Below the pieces are notes generated by a model. That model ran no database searches and had not been told where the DNA came from. It saw only the letters and a program-made list of their open reading frames with translations. Source: an uncultured SAR86 cluster bacterium (GTDB lineage Bacteria > Pseudomonadota > Gammaproteobacteria > Magnimaribacterales > TMED112). From it: a DNA stretch of 64,000 nt. This document shows positions 1 to 13,860 of the stretch, in pieces (within the stretch, counting starts at the first letter, position 1; every line of letters starts with the position of its first letter). Made by a program: the position numbers and the translations under genes. Location of the stretch: the NCBI GenBank assembly GCA_902535365.1, contig CACATF010000001.1, forward strand, positions 68,077 to 132,076, given 5' to 3'.

Positions 1-1
1 A

Positions 2-1321
2 GGGGGCTCAATAGGAAGCAGTGTCGCTAAAGAGCTGTCATCAGAAGAAAACGATGTTGTTGTCATTGACAACAATAAAAAAAACCTTGAACCATTAAAA
101 TCAATAGAAGGAATTAAGACTGTTTGCGGAAATGGCTCATCACCAAGAACATTATCTCAGAGTGGTTTAGACGATGAATCATTGCTTCTATGTTTAACAG
201 ACTCTGAAGAAACAAACTTGCTTGCATCTATTGTCGGTAAGCATAAATTTAATGCTGGAAGAATTGTTTGTAGGCTTAAAGGCTCCGAATATACAAAAAT
301 TGCCAAGGAAATAACCCCTTTTGTTGATTACTTTATCAATCCAGAAGATTTAATAACAGATGAGATTAACAGCTTACTTCATCATCCAGGATCTCTTGAA
401 ATCCTTGATTTTGCAGAAGGTTCCATAAAACTAGTTAGTGTAAGAGCAAAAACATCTGGGCTTTTGGTAGGTCGCCAAATCAAAGAGCTTAAAAATGATT
501 TACCTGACTACGAAACAAGAATACCAGCCATCTATAGGAATGATGAGCTGATTATTCCTAATGGTGAAACAGTTATAAATGATGGTGATGAAGTGTTTTT
601 TATTGCAGATGAAAAACATATAAGCGATGTCACAAGAGAGCTGCAAAAATTAGAAAGCAAATATAAGAATATATATATTGCGGGGGCTGGGAACATTGGA
701 AAATCATTAGCTAAGAAAACAAATGAAGACTTTAATATAAAGTTAATTGAAAAATGTGAAGAACAATCTGAATTAGCAAATGAGGCTCTTGATAATGTTT
801 TAGTATTGAATGCAGATGCGGCGGATAAAGACTTTCTAGATTCTGAATCTATTCAAGATTGCGATGTGTTTGTTGCTGTTACCCATGATGATGAGTCAAA
901 TGTTTTGTGCTCTTTAATGGCGAAAAAGCTTGGGTCTAAAAAAACTGTAACAATTATTAATAATGAAGCTTATTTTGATCTTGTTGGTAAAAATGAGTTG
1001 GACATTATCATTTCTCCTGTTCAGATCACCGTTTCACATATTCTTAAATACATAAGAAAGGGTACAGTCTCTAATGTGCATAAAGTTAAAAAGGGTAAGG
1101 CAGAAGCTATCGAATTATTAATTGATGACAGAGTTAAAAATATTTCCGGAAAAACAGTTGGGGATTTAGATCTTAATGAAAATATCGATATTCCCTGCAT
1201 CAAAAGAGATGAAGATATCTTAATGGCTCATGGAGCAACTGAAATTTTAGATAATGATCATTTAATTGTCTTTTATAAGAACAAGGATGATATAGAAGAC
1301 TTCTATAATAGATATAAATGA
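2..1321 (+). CDS. trkA: Trk potassium uptake system NAD-binding protein TrkA (5' end outside window)
   Basis: The frame is open from nt 2 (GGSIGSSVAKELSSEENDVVVID, Rossmann-type N-terminal half) and runs without a stop into track ORF 182..1321. A second dinucleotide-binding motif GAGNIGKSLA is present. The stop overlaps the trkH start (ATGA). Confidence 0.9.
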   Translation, partial: GGSIGSSVAKELSSEENDVVVIDNNKKNLEPLKSIEGIKTVCGNGSSPRTLSQSGLDDESLLLCLTDSEETNLLASIVGKHKFNAGRIVCRLKGSEYTKIAKEITPFVDYFINPEDLITDEINSLLHHPGSLEILDFAEGSIKLVSVRAKTSGLLVGRQIKELKNDLPDYETRIPAIYRNDELIIPNGETVINDGDEVFFIADEKHISDVTRELQKLESKYKNIYIAGAGNIGKSLAKKTNEDFNIKLIEKCEEQSELANEALDNVLVLNADAADKDFLDSESIQDCDVFVAVTHDDESNVLCSLMAKKLGSKKTVTIINNEAYFDLVGKNELDIIISPVQITVSHILKYIRKGTVSNVHKVKKGKAEAIELLIDDRVKNISGKTVGDLDLNENIDIPCIKRDEDILMAHGATEILDNDHLIVFYKNKDDIEDFYNRYK

Positions 1322-2754
1322 ATACCACTCTTAAGTTACTGAGATTTTTAGGGCCAACTGTTTTATTTTTCAGTACATTTGTTGCTTTGCCAGCTCTAGT
1401 GTTTGGTGCAATAAATAACAATCTTGATCAAATATTATTAAACATATGTGTTGGATCATTATTTTACTCATTATTAATAATGTTCACATTGAGGCGAAAA
1501 AAGTTTTCTTATACTCCAAGAGACGGTTTTTTAATAACTTTTGTATGTTGGGTGTTTATTTCATTAATAGCCTCTTTGCCGTTCTATTATCAAGGCTTAA
1601 GTTTTAGTGATTCATTTTTTGAGGCTGTGTCTGGTTTAACAACAACTGGTTCTACAGTTTTACAAAACATAGAGTCCTATCCAGATTACTTGTTGCTCTA
1701 TAGGCAGTTACTCCAATGGGCCGGCGGTGTCGGGTTAGTAATTGTTGTTTTGGCAATAATTCCTGCTGTATCAGGGGGCATGAAAGTGCTTCAGGCAGAA
1801 ACTTCTGGGTTTGCTGATAAAAGCTTTTCACCAAGGCTAAGAGAAACAGCAAGATCATTGTTAGGATTCTATTTTCTTCTTACTGTAGTTTGTGTTTTTG
1901 CTTACTGGGCAGCTGGAATGACTCTGTTTGAAGCAGCTACTCATTCATTTAGTACTGTATCAATTGGTGGTTTTTCAATATACACCGATAATTTTGGTCA
2001 TTTTAATAACCAAGCAATCGAAAGTATTGCAACCATATTTATGTTGCTCTCTGCAATGAATTTTGGTCTTCATTTTTTATCGCTTTCAAAAGGAACAATT
2101 AAATATTATTTACAAAATGATGAGTTTAAGTTTTTCTTGGTGGTGGTTTTGTTTGCTGTGCTTGTTTCTGTAATTACTTTAAATGTAAAAGAAGGTATGA
2201 GCTTCTATGATTCTTTGCGTTTTGGAATCTTTCAAACCGTTTCAATTGTTACAACTACTGGGTTTACCCTTGAGCCCCTAAATAATTTAGGAACTGTAGT
2301 TCCATTGTTTATTTTTATCATAGCTTTTATTGGGGCATGCTCTGGTTCTGTTGGTGGGGGCATGAAAGCCTGGAGAGTTTTAATGTTATTGCGTGTTGGT
2401 TTTACAAATATCACAAAATTAATGCACCCGAATGCAGTTGCGCATGCGAAAATGAATAATGAAAAAATACAACCTTCTCAAATTGAAGCTGTATTTTCAT
2501 TTATAGCCATTTACATAACATTTTTTCTGATTTTTATGTTTGTATTAATTTTTCAAAACGTTGATTTTTACTCGTCGTTCGCTGGAACTGCAGCTGCAAT
2601 CAACAATCTTGGCCCTGGACTAGGAGAGCTATCAGAAAACTACTCATCATTAAGCAATTTCTCAAAAATTACACTTGCTTCTGCGATGATTGTAGGGAGG
2701 TTGGAGTTATTTGGTGTTTTAATTTTACTAGTACCAGCATACTGGCGCAGCTAA
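1318..2754 (+). CDS. trkH: Trk potassium uptake system membrane protein TrkH
   Basis: 478-aa polytopic membrane protein with repeated pore-loop-like motifs (SGLTTTGS, VTTTGF, NNLGPGLG). It is translationally coupled to trkA. Confidence 0.9.
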   Translation: MNTTLKLLRFLGPTVLFFSTFVALPALVFGAINNNLDQILLNICVGSLFYSLLIMFTLRRKKFSYTPRDGFLITFVCWVFISLIASLPFYYQGLSFSDSFFEAVSGLTTTGSTVLQNIESYPDYLLLYRQLLQWAGGVGLVIVVLAIIPAVSGGMKVLQAETSGFADKSFSPRLRETARSLLGFYFLLTVVCVFAYWAAGMTLFEAATHSFSTVSIGGFSIYTDNFGHFNNQAIESIATIFMLLSAMNFGLHFLSLSKGTIKYYLQNDEFKFFLVVVLFAVLVSVITLNVKEGMSFYDSLRFGIFQTVSIVTTTGFTLEPLNNLGTVVPLFIFIIAFIGACSGSVGGGMKAWRVLMLLRVGFTNITKLMHPNAVAHAKMNNEKIQPSQIEAVFSFIAIYITFFLIFMFVLIFQNVDFYSSFAGTAAAINNLGPGLGELSENYSSLSNFSKITLASAMIVGRLELFGVLILLVPAYWRS

Positions 2755-3594
2755 TCAATAAATATTTTTTTGGTTACCTCTTAATTTCCTAAACTTTTTG
2801 TACTCCCAACCATAAAGTGGAATTGATTCCTTAATTGCATGCTCAAATAACTGATTCATTTCTAACATATTTATCTTTTGTGAGATCTTATTACAATTGA
2901 GCTTATATTTTTTATTTTCACCTTTCGTGAAGTAAATAAAATATAAATTATGAGACCCTCTAAATGAGAGTTTTTCTATAATATCGACAGTTAAGCACTC
3001 TTGGTTAAAGAAATAGCTGTAAGTTTCTTTATTGGTGTGCGGGACTAAATCTGAAGCAATCACAAAATCTTCTTTTTGATTAAATTTAGAAAGCAATGAT
3101 TTAATTCCGGACATATTAGCAGGAATAAGTTTTGCGCCCTTTTCGGATCTGCTTTCTTTTATAGCTTTTTCAATATTCTTGTTTTTGGCTGGTGTATATA
3201 AAATATTTATGCCTTTGTTTTTTTCTGATATCAAAAATAACATTACATCCACACAACCCATGTGCATAGTCATAAAAATTTTTGGATTTTCATCCTGAAC
3301 TATGTTTTCAGGGTTTTCTACAAGTTTTTTGTAGTTGTTTGGATTCCCCCAAATATAAGGGTATTCAAACAAAAGCTCCATGGTGTATAAAAAACTTTGC
3401 TTGATAAGTTTTTCATCATTAAAACCACAGTAGATTAGGTTTTTTTTGGTCACTTTGTACGCGCTGACATTTAACAATATAGCTAAGTGGCCCAAAACCC
3501 ATGAAAGAAACCTAAGTATTGGCCACGGAATTATTGAAATTGACTTAAAAAGTATCCGAATCATACTTAAAATAATAAAATACCTAATTAGCAT
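2755..3594 (-). CDS. Lipid A biosynthesis late acyltransferase family protein (LpxL/LpxM-like)
   Basis: N-terminal TM anchor, HX4D motif (HMGCVD) and a C-terminal YGWEYKKFR tail resembling the conserved QYxWxHxRFK. The track ORF starts at 3639, which would overlap the divergent glyQS start. I therefore chose the Met at 3594; 3564 is also possible. Confidence 0.7.
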   Translation of the reverse strand: MLIRYFIILSMIRILFKSISIIPWPILRFLSWVLGHLAILLNVSAYKVTKKNLIYCGFNDEKLIKQSFLYTMELLFEYPYIWGNPNNYKKLVENPENIVQDENPKIFMTMHMGCVDVMLFLISEKNKGINILYTPAKNKNIEKAIKESRSEKGAKLIPANMSGIKSLLSKFNQKEDFVIASDLVPHTNKETYSYFFNQECLTVDIIEKLSFRGSHNLYFIYFTKGENKKYKLNCNKISQKINMLEMNQLFEHAIKESIPLYGWEYKKFRKLRGNQKNIY

Positions 3595-3610
3595 ACAATA
3601 GGAACGACAA

Positions 3611-7971
<4,361 letters not shown>

Positions 7972-7972
<1 letters not shown>

Positions 7973-9069
7973 TATAGAAGCAAAGGCATTAGAACTAATG
8001 TTTGGTTTGGATCACTGCTTTTAATAAGTGCGCTACTGTCTTTGCCAAAACTTGTCATTGTGATTTCTTTATCCTCAATGGTAGCGAGCACTTCTCTCAA
8101 ATAATTTACATTAAATGCTATGTCAAAAATGCCTGAATCCCCGTGAAAATCAAGTTTTTCTTCCGCAGACTCCTGGTCGGGGTTGTGTGCTGATACTTCT
8201 AGCTTACCTTCTTCAGTTCTAAGCTTCACTCCTTTGAATTTTTCACTAGACAAAACTGAAACACGTGAAAGGGTATTAATAAGATCTTTTCTTTTTAATG
8301 AAATTGATACACCATCTCCAGTCGGAATAACCTGGTTATAGTTAGGGTAGTTTCCATCGATCAATTTGGATTTAAATGTAAATTTTTTAGACATAAATAC
8401 TATGTTGTTTGCATTGATGTAGAACTGGATCTCAACATCTTCTTTGGGAAGGATTTTCATCAACTCTATGGTTGTTTTTCGTGGAATAATTCCACTAAAA
8501 TCACCTTCTCCTGCTAACTCAGACTTATATATAGCTAGTCGGTGTGCGTCTGTAGCGACCATGTTTAGGGCATTTAGAGACTTTTCAAACAGACATCCGT
8601 TTAAATAATGCCTCCAATCTTGATTGGCCATAGCAAATGATGTTTTTTGGAAAAGCTCCAATAGTTGAGATGATTTTATAGAAAAAATATTCTCGCTTTT
8701 TACACTATCAAATTCAGGAAAGTCTGCTCCAGGAATTGTAGAAAGACTGTATCTTCCGGATTTGGATTTAACTGTAAGTTTGCTGCTGCCTTCATCTAAT
8801 TCAAAACTAACATCTCCATCTGGAAGCTCTCTCACTATGTCAGCTGTTTTTTTTGCAGGAATAGTTATTTCGCCGGGTCTTTCAACATTTATATCGAAGA
8901 TTTCCACCTCAAGCTCAACTTCAAGATCTGTGCTTTGAAGCTTAACCGTTGAACCCTCACACTTAACAAGGATGTTGCTTAAAATTGGTAGTGTTTGTTT
9001 TTTGTCTGCAACAGCAGCAAGAGATTGAAGCTCGTTTATTATTTGTTCTTTATTGGCTGTAAACTTCAT
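7972..9069 (-). CDS. dnaN: DNA polymerase III beta sliding clamp
   Basis: 365 aa with three-domain clamp length and the typical MKF..R..L start. Located between dnaA and recF, with a 1-nt overlap with the recF start. Confidence 0.93.
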
Positions 9070-9070
9070 T

Positions 9071-10369
9071 TTAAGCGGATAAACTTCTTCTTAGCTTTTT
9101 GTAATCTTCATCTATCTCTAAGTTTTCTTTTTTAAGTTCTTTTGTTTTTTCACAAGCATGAATAACGGTTGTATGGTCCCTGCCACCAAAAGCTTCTCCT
9201 ATCTCAGGAAGGCTGTGGTTTGTAAGCTCTTTGGCAAGTGACATTGCAATTTGACGAGGTCTTGTGATGGACCTGTTTCTTCTTTTAGACAATAAATCAC
9301 TAAGCTTAATGTTGTAATAATCAGACACAACTCTTTGGATGTTGCCTATGGTTACCATTTTTGCCTGAATAGCCAAAACATCTCTTAAAGAATCTTTAAT
9401 TAAGTTTATATCTATATCGGTTTTGGCAAATTTCGCGTTAGCAGCAACTCTTTTTAAAGCGCCCTCTAACTCTCTCACATTTGACTTAACTTGTTGTGCG
9501 ATAAAAAAGGCACAGTCTTCTGGTAAATTGATTTCCATTTCTTCGGCTTTTTGTAGAAGAATAGCTGTTCTTGTTTCTAGGGCTGGTGGATCTATAACAA
9601 CAGAGAGCCCCCACCCAAAACGTGATTTCAGCCTGTCTTCAAGGCCCTCAATTTCTTTAGGGTACCTGTCGCATGAAAAAATCATTATATTTCCACTCTC
9701 AATTAAGCTATTAAAGGTGTGGAATAGTTCGTCTTGTGATTGTTCTTTGCCTGCAAAAAACTGTATATCATCAATTAGTAGGGCATTAAGACCTCTATAA
9801 AACTTCTTAAACTCATTTATTGCTCCAAGCTGAAGGGCTTTTACCATATCACTCACAAACCTCTCAGAGTGTACATAACAAATTTTTGCGTTTGGTCTGT
9901 CTTCTAGGAGTTTGTTGCCTATTGCGTGCATAAGGTGTGTTTTCCCCAAACCAACACCACCGTAAACAAACAACGGGTTGTATTGGGTTTGTGCTGCTTG
10001 TTCTGCAACCTGTTGAGCTGCAGCAAAAGCTATTTGATTTGACTTGCCTGATACAAAAGTTTCAAAAGTATAGTTTTTATTTAGCCCTGTTGTTGTTGGT
10101 TTTGTTTGTGCGGACTGCTTAACAGAAACATTTAAAATAAATTTGTTTCTTCCAAGGTGTGTTTCTAAGAACTTGGTAATCTGTGGAAGATATTTATCTT
10201 TAAAGAAGTCTTCAACAAAACTATTTGGCGCATAAATTGTGAAGTTGTTTTCCTTTAAATCAAACTGGAGGGGTTTAATCCATGAGTTGAACTCTGTGGT
10301 ATTAATTTCCTTTTCAAGCTGCTTAACGCTTTTGTTGAAAATATTTATTGATGAAACCTTGTTAGACAT
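9071..10369 (-). CDS. dnaA: Chromosomal replication initiator protein DnaA
   Basis: 432 aa with AAA+ Walker [11 protein letters not shown], Walker B LLIDDIQF and the C-terminal DNA-binding signature [11 protein letters not shown]. Confidence 0.95.
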   Translation of the reverse strand: MSNKVSSINIFNKSVKQLEKEINTTEFNSWIKPLQFDLKENNFTIYAPNSFVEDFFKDKYLPQITKFLETHLGRNKFILNVSVKQSAQTKPTTTGLNKNYTFETFVSGKSNQIAFAAAQQVAEQAAQTQYNPLFVYGGVGLGKTHLMHAIGNKLLEDRPNAKICYVHSERFVSDMVKALQLGAINEFKKFYRGLNALLIDDIQFFAGKEQSQDELFHTFNSLIESGNIMIFSCDRYPKEIEGLEDRLKSRFGWGLSVVIDPPALETRTAILLQKAEEMEINLPEDCAFFIAQQVKSNVRELEGALKRVAANAKFAKTDIDINLIKDSLRDVLAIQAKMVTIGNIQRVVSDYYNIKLSDLLSKRRNRSITRPRQIAMSLAKELTNHSLPEIGEAFGGRDHTTVIHACEKTKELKKENLEIDEDYKKLRRSLSA

Positions 10370-10386
10370 GCCGATAAGTTTATAAT
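10359..10386 (+). promoter_or_regulatory. Putative sigma70 promoter for rpmH (TTGTTA-16 nt-TATAAT)
   Basis: -35 TTGTTA at 10359..10364 (inside the dnaA 5' end) and a perfect -10 TATAAT at 10381..10386. By eye only. Confidence 0.4.
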
Positions 10387-10438
10387 ACTTAAGCTTTTAA
10401 AAACATGTAATAAATACATTGTTTTTTTGTGAAAAAAC

Positions 10439-10447
10439 TGTGGATAA
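10439..10447 (-). promoter_or_regulatory. Perfect DnaA box (TTATCCACA on the minus strand)
   Basis: Plus-strand TGTGGATAA lies 4 nt upstream of the rpmH ATG, in the 81-nt dnaA-rpmH spacer. Confidence 0.7.
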
Positions 10448-10450
10448 AAA

Positions 10451-10585
10451 ATGAAAAGGACACTAAAAGTTACAAACATAAAGAGAAAGAGAACACACGG
10501 CTTTAGAGAAAGAATGTCTACAAAAGCTGGTAGATCTGTTCTGTCTAATCGAAGAGCGAAGGGCAGAAAGTCTTTAGCTGTCTAG
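10451..10585 (+). CDS. rpmH: 50S ribosomal protein L34
   Basis: Manual translation gives [44 protein letters not shown] (44 aa), below the ORF-track size cut-off. Canonical position before rnpA. Confidence 0.93.
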   Translation: MKRTLKVTNIKRKRTHGFRERMSTKAGRSVLSNRRAKGRKSLAV

Positions 10586-10587
10586 TT

Positions 10588-10911
10588 TTGGAAAAAAACA
10601 AACTCACACTCTCAAAAGAAAACCGTATGAAAAAAATCCGAAAGGATATGTTTTTGTGGTCAAAAACTTCCATTGTTAAGGGGTTGGATGTGCATTTTCA
10701 AAAAAATGATGACTCTGTATCTAAAATAATAGTCTTGGTGCCCAAGAGGGTTGTGGCGCTTGCTGTAGAGAGAAATAATTTAAGAAGAAGAGTAAAAGAA
10801 ATGTTTAGAAAAAATATTTCTCGGTCTCATGGTGGTAATTTTTTGGTAAAATTTAACAGCGTTCCAGCTTCTTTTGATGTGGAGTTGGAGAAATATTTTA
10901 GAAATGTTTAA
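10588..10911 (+). CDS. rnpA: Ribonuclease P protein component
   Basis: 107-aa basic protein with an RNR-like motif (ERNNLRRRVKEMFR), immediately after rpmH. TTG start assumed. Confidence 0.8.
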   Translation: MEKNKLTLSKENRMKKIRKDMFLWSKTSIVKGLDVHFQKNDDSVSKIIVLVPKRVVALAVERNNLRRRVKEMFRKNISRSHGGNFLVKFNSVPASFDVELEKYFRNV

Positions 10912-12412
10912 TCCGAGACTTTTTTTTGCAGGCAGCACTTTGTTGTTGTTGTTGTTTTTAATTTTTGAGTGGAATACCCAAGATAAAAAACAAAAGCTGG
11001 AGAGATCTATTGAGCTTCAATCAGACTTTATTCCCACCGACACAATAAACATTAGAAATAACAACCTTGATCTTTACATAGACCTTAATGATGGTTCTTT
11101 AAGAAAGGCTTATGTTTTGGAAAAACAAGAAAGAGATGGTCTGTTTAAAACAAGACTGATGTCAGATGACGAATCTTTAAGGTTTTATTTTAAAAGCTCT
11201 GTGTCGGGTTTTGCCAATAACTCGCCTTTTGTTGTGGAAAATTTTTCAGATGACTATTTGAAAATATCAGCAGATGACGCTTCTGGGAACAGGCTTACAA
11301 AAACCTATTATTTCGAAGATAAGCACATCTTGTTTGTGGAGGATAGGCTTGATTTAAGCACTGCTACTTTTGGCACTGTGCCTTTTTTTAAAACCTTTTA
11401 CAGAGAAAATAAAAAATCAATTGATTATGGGGTGTCATTTTCAAGAGACCACCTTGCATACAGCACGTCAGAGGATGTGTTTAATGACGAGCAGCTGTCG
11501 TCTGTAAGTAAAAGAGAGGATTATCTTGGTCATTGGGTTGGGTACTCTCAAAAACATTTTGTAGTTGCTGTTTTTAATGATGAAGAGCAACAAAAACTAT
11601 CTCTCTACCCGGTGGATAGAAATGGGTTGTATCGGTTTGGTCTTACAGAAGACCCTGTGATTGAAAACGGGCAACTGGTTTCTCAAACAAAAATTTATAT
11701 TGGCCCAAAACAAAAAGATATTTTAGAGGTGGTGGCCCCTCATTTTAAATACAACCTGGATTTGGGTTTTGTTTATGGTGTTGGGGAATGGTTTATTGTT
11801 CTTTTAAACTTCTTTTATGGCTGGGTTGGCAATTGGGGCGTGGCGATAATTTTGTTAACCATTCTTTTTAAGGCTGTTTTGTCTCCTCTTCAAATCATGC
11901 AAATAAACTCAATGGTTAAGATGAGAAGGTTGCAACCAAAACTACAAGAAATTCAAGAAAGACACAAAAACGATAGACAAAAACTTGGTATGGAGATGAT
12001 GCAGCTCTATTCGAAGGAAAAATTTAATCCATTTGCAGGGTGTTTTCCAATGATTCCCCAAATACCGATCTTTTTGGCTATGTTTTGGGTAACAAGAGAG
12101 GCTTTTGAGTTTAGGGGTGAATCGTTTTTATGGATCCCTGATCTTGCCGAGTCTGACCCCTTCCTTATAACCCCTATTCTAATGGGTGTGATGATGTATT
12201 TGTCACAGAAAATGATGCCGAAACCCCCACAGTCTTCTCAGGGGATGCAGGCGCAAATTGCACAACAAATGATGGTTGTTTTCCCACCCATGATCACGCT
12301 TATATTTTTGTTTATGCCCGCTGGTGTGGTGATTTATTCTGTTATAAACATGGCGCTATCAATCATTCCTCAGGTCTTAATCCTTGGGCGCGTAGAAAAA
12401 ACAAGTGGCTGA
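10904..12412 (+). CDS. yidC: Membrane protein insertase YidC
   Basis: N-terminal TM, a large periplasmic domain and the C-terminal 5-TM insertase core (RLQPKLQEIQERHKNDRQKLGMEMMQLY). The start is placed at the Met (MFNPRLFF) that overlaps the rnpA stop. Confidence 0.9.
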   Translation: MFNPRLFFAGSTLLLLLFLIFEWNTQDKKQKLERSIELQSDFIPTDTINIRNNNLDLYIDLNDGSLRKAYVLEKQERDGLFKTRLMSDDESLRFYFKSSVSGFANNSPFVVENFSDDYLKISADDASGNRLTKTYYFEDKHILFVEDRLDLSTATFGTVPFFKTFYRENKKSIDYGVSFSRDHLAYSTSEDVFNDEQLSSVSKREDYLGHWVGYSQKHFVVAVFNDEEQQKLSLYPVDRNGLYRFGLTEDPVIENGQLVSQTKIYIGPKQKDILEVVAPHFKYNLDLGFVYGVGEWFIVLLNFFYGWVGNWGVAIILLTILFKAVLSPLQIMQINSMVKMRRLQPKLQEIQERHKNDRQKLGMEMMQLYSKEKFNPFAGCFPMIPQIPIFLAMFWVTREAFEFRGESFLWIPDLAESDPFLITPILMGVMMYLSQKMMPKPPQSSQGMQAQIAQQMMVVFPPMITLIFLFMPAGVVIYSVINMALSIIPQVLILGRVEKTSG

Positions 12413-13676
12413 TTCAATATACGCCCTAGGAACCCCTATTGGGCGTTCTGCTGTAGCTGTTATAAGGGTCTCTGGCAGTGGTTTTTCAAAAGGTTTTATA
12501 AAATTTTTAAATATCCCTATTGATAAAAAGGGGTCCTGGTTGCGGTCTTTAGATCTTGGCGATTTTTCCGATCAGTGTCTGGTTTTAAATTTTCCCGGAT
12601 CAAGTTCATACACTGGCGAGCATGTTGTAGAAATTCATTGTCATGGAAATCCATTAATAGTGTCTCGCTTATTGGCGGTCTTGAGTGAGTTCGGTCTCAG
12701 GGAAGCTGAAAAAGGAGAGTTCACAAGAAGAGCATTCGTTAACAACAAAATGTCATTGTCAGACGCTGAGTCTGTTATGACCGGCATTCAAGCTGGCTCC
12801 GTCCAGGAGCTTGCTGCTCTTGAAGATTTTAGAAGCGGTCTTCTGGGTAAAAAGCTATCTGACTTAGCAGAAAAAATTACTGAGGCTCTAGCAACGATAG
12901 AGTCCCAGTTAGATTTTTCAGATGAAGAAGATGTGGGCGACCTTTCGGTTGATAAGTCTAAGAAAATGGTTGGCTCTCTAAGCGCTTCTGTCGAAAGCTT
13001 GTTGAAGAACTACCAGCCTTATAGCGCTGAATCTAAAAAGAAAACTGTTGTTTTGTTTGGTGAGCCCAATGTGGGAAAGTCGTCTCTTTTTAATGCTCTT
13101 TTGGGTGAGGGTGTAGCTATTGTTTCACCAACACCAGGAACAACAAGAGATGTGGTTAGAAAAAGGATGTTTGTTGATGGTATAGATGTTGAGCTCGAAG
13201 ATACGGCCGGTTTAAGATCCCAAACATCTTCTGATATAGAAGATATGGGGATTGAAATGGCAAAGAGTGCGGTTGAGGGTGCTGATCTGGTTGTTTATGT
13301 TTTTGATAGCCCTGAAAAGGTTAGCAACAAAACTGATGGTATGGTTGTTTTAAACAAAACAGATAGCCATAAGAGCAAAGTGAAGGGTGTTTATTGTGTG
13401 TCTGCCAAAACAGGCGAAGGCATCGAAGATCTTTCGCACGCTATTGGAAAAGCGGTTAGAGATGATTTTGACAGTGATCTTGTGTCTGAAAGGATTTATA
13501 GAGGTTTGTCCGGTGTTGTGGCTCTGCTTAAAAACTCTGGGGTTGCGTCAGATTATTACGAACAAACATCACAAAACCTTAGAGATAGTCTTGTTTTGTT
13601 GGAAGAGATTAACGGTACTTTTGACAATGAGGATGTTTTGGACCAAATATTTAATAAGTTCTGTATAGGGAAATAG
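12405..13676 (+). CDS. mnmE: tRNA modification GTPase MnmE
   Basis: G-domain motifs GEPNVGKSSLFNAL, DTAGLR and NKTD, plus the diagnostic C-terminal FCIGK. GTG start. Confidence 0.9.
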   Translation: MADSIYALGTPIGRSAVAVIRVSGSGFSKGFIKFLNIPIDKKGSWLRSLDLGDFSDQCLVLNFPGSSSYTGEHVVEIHCHGNPLIVSRLLAVLSEFGLREAEKGEFTRRAFVNNKMSLSDAESVMTGIQAGSVQELAALEDFRSGLLGKKLSDLAEKITEALATIESQLDFSDEEDVGDLSVDKSKKMVGSLSASVESLLKNYQPYSAESKKKTVVLFGEPNVGKSSLFNALLGEGVAIVSPTPGTTRDVVRKRMFVDGIDVELEDTAGLRSQTSSDIEDMGIEMAKSAVEGADLVVYVFDSPEKVSNKTDGMVVLNKTDSHKSKVKGVYCVSAKTGEGIEDLSHAIGKAVRDDFDSDLVSERIYRGLSGVVALLKNSGVASDYYEQTSQNLRDSLVLLEEINGTFDNEDVLDQIFNKFCIGK

Positions 13677-13693
13677 TTTTGCTGTTTATTAAA

Positions 13694-13824
13694 TGTTGAT
13701 AAGTATTTATTAACACCTTATGAACACCAAGAACATTACAAACTAAAAGGATACCAACAGAGATTACTCAGGCTTTTGTTTGGCTGAGGTCCTTACAAAA
13801 CGCTATAATCACGACTTATTAACA
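13694..13824. promoter_or_regulatory. Cluster of four DnaA-box-like 9-mers (TTATNAACA); candidate oriC core
   Basis: TGTTGATAA at 13694..13702 (TTATCAACA on the minus strand), TTATTAACA at 13707..13715, TTATGAACA at 13718..13726 and TTATTAACA at 13816..13824. Each is one mismatch from TTATNCACA. An AT-rich tract (13826..13860) follows. Confidence 0.35.
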
Positions 13825-13860
13825 GAAAACTAAACACTTAATAAAAACAATAAAAAAAAG

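Noticed and set aside
9423-9800. Many 60-150-aa track ORFs lie antisense to or out of frame within well-supported genes. Examples are 9423..9800 in dnaA, 19129..19584 in atpF, 14130..14471 in mnmG, 35832..36218 in ald and 31769..32155 in the barrel gene.
   Set aside because: They sit entirely inside strongly conserved genes, show low-complexity or shadow-frame composition, and have no recognisable motifs. I treated them as non-coding frame shadows.
13767-13788. Imperfect hairpin CTCAGGC-N8-GGCTGAG after mnmE, considered as a terminator.
   Set aside because: The stem is only 5 bp plus a mismatch, with no trailing T-run. It is not convincing as an intrinsic terminator.
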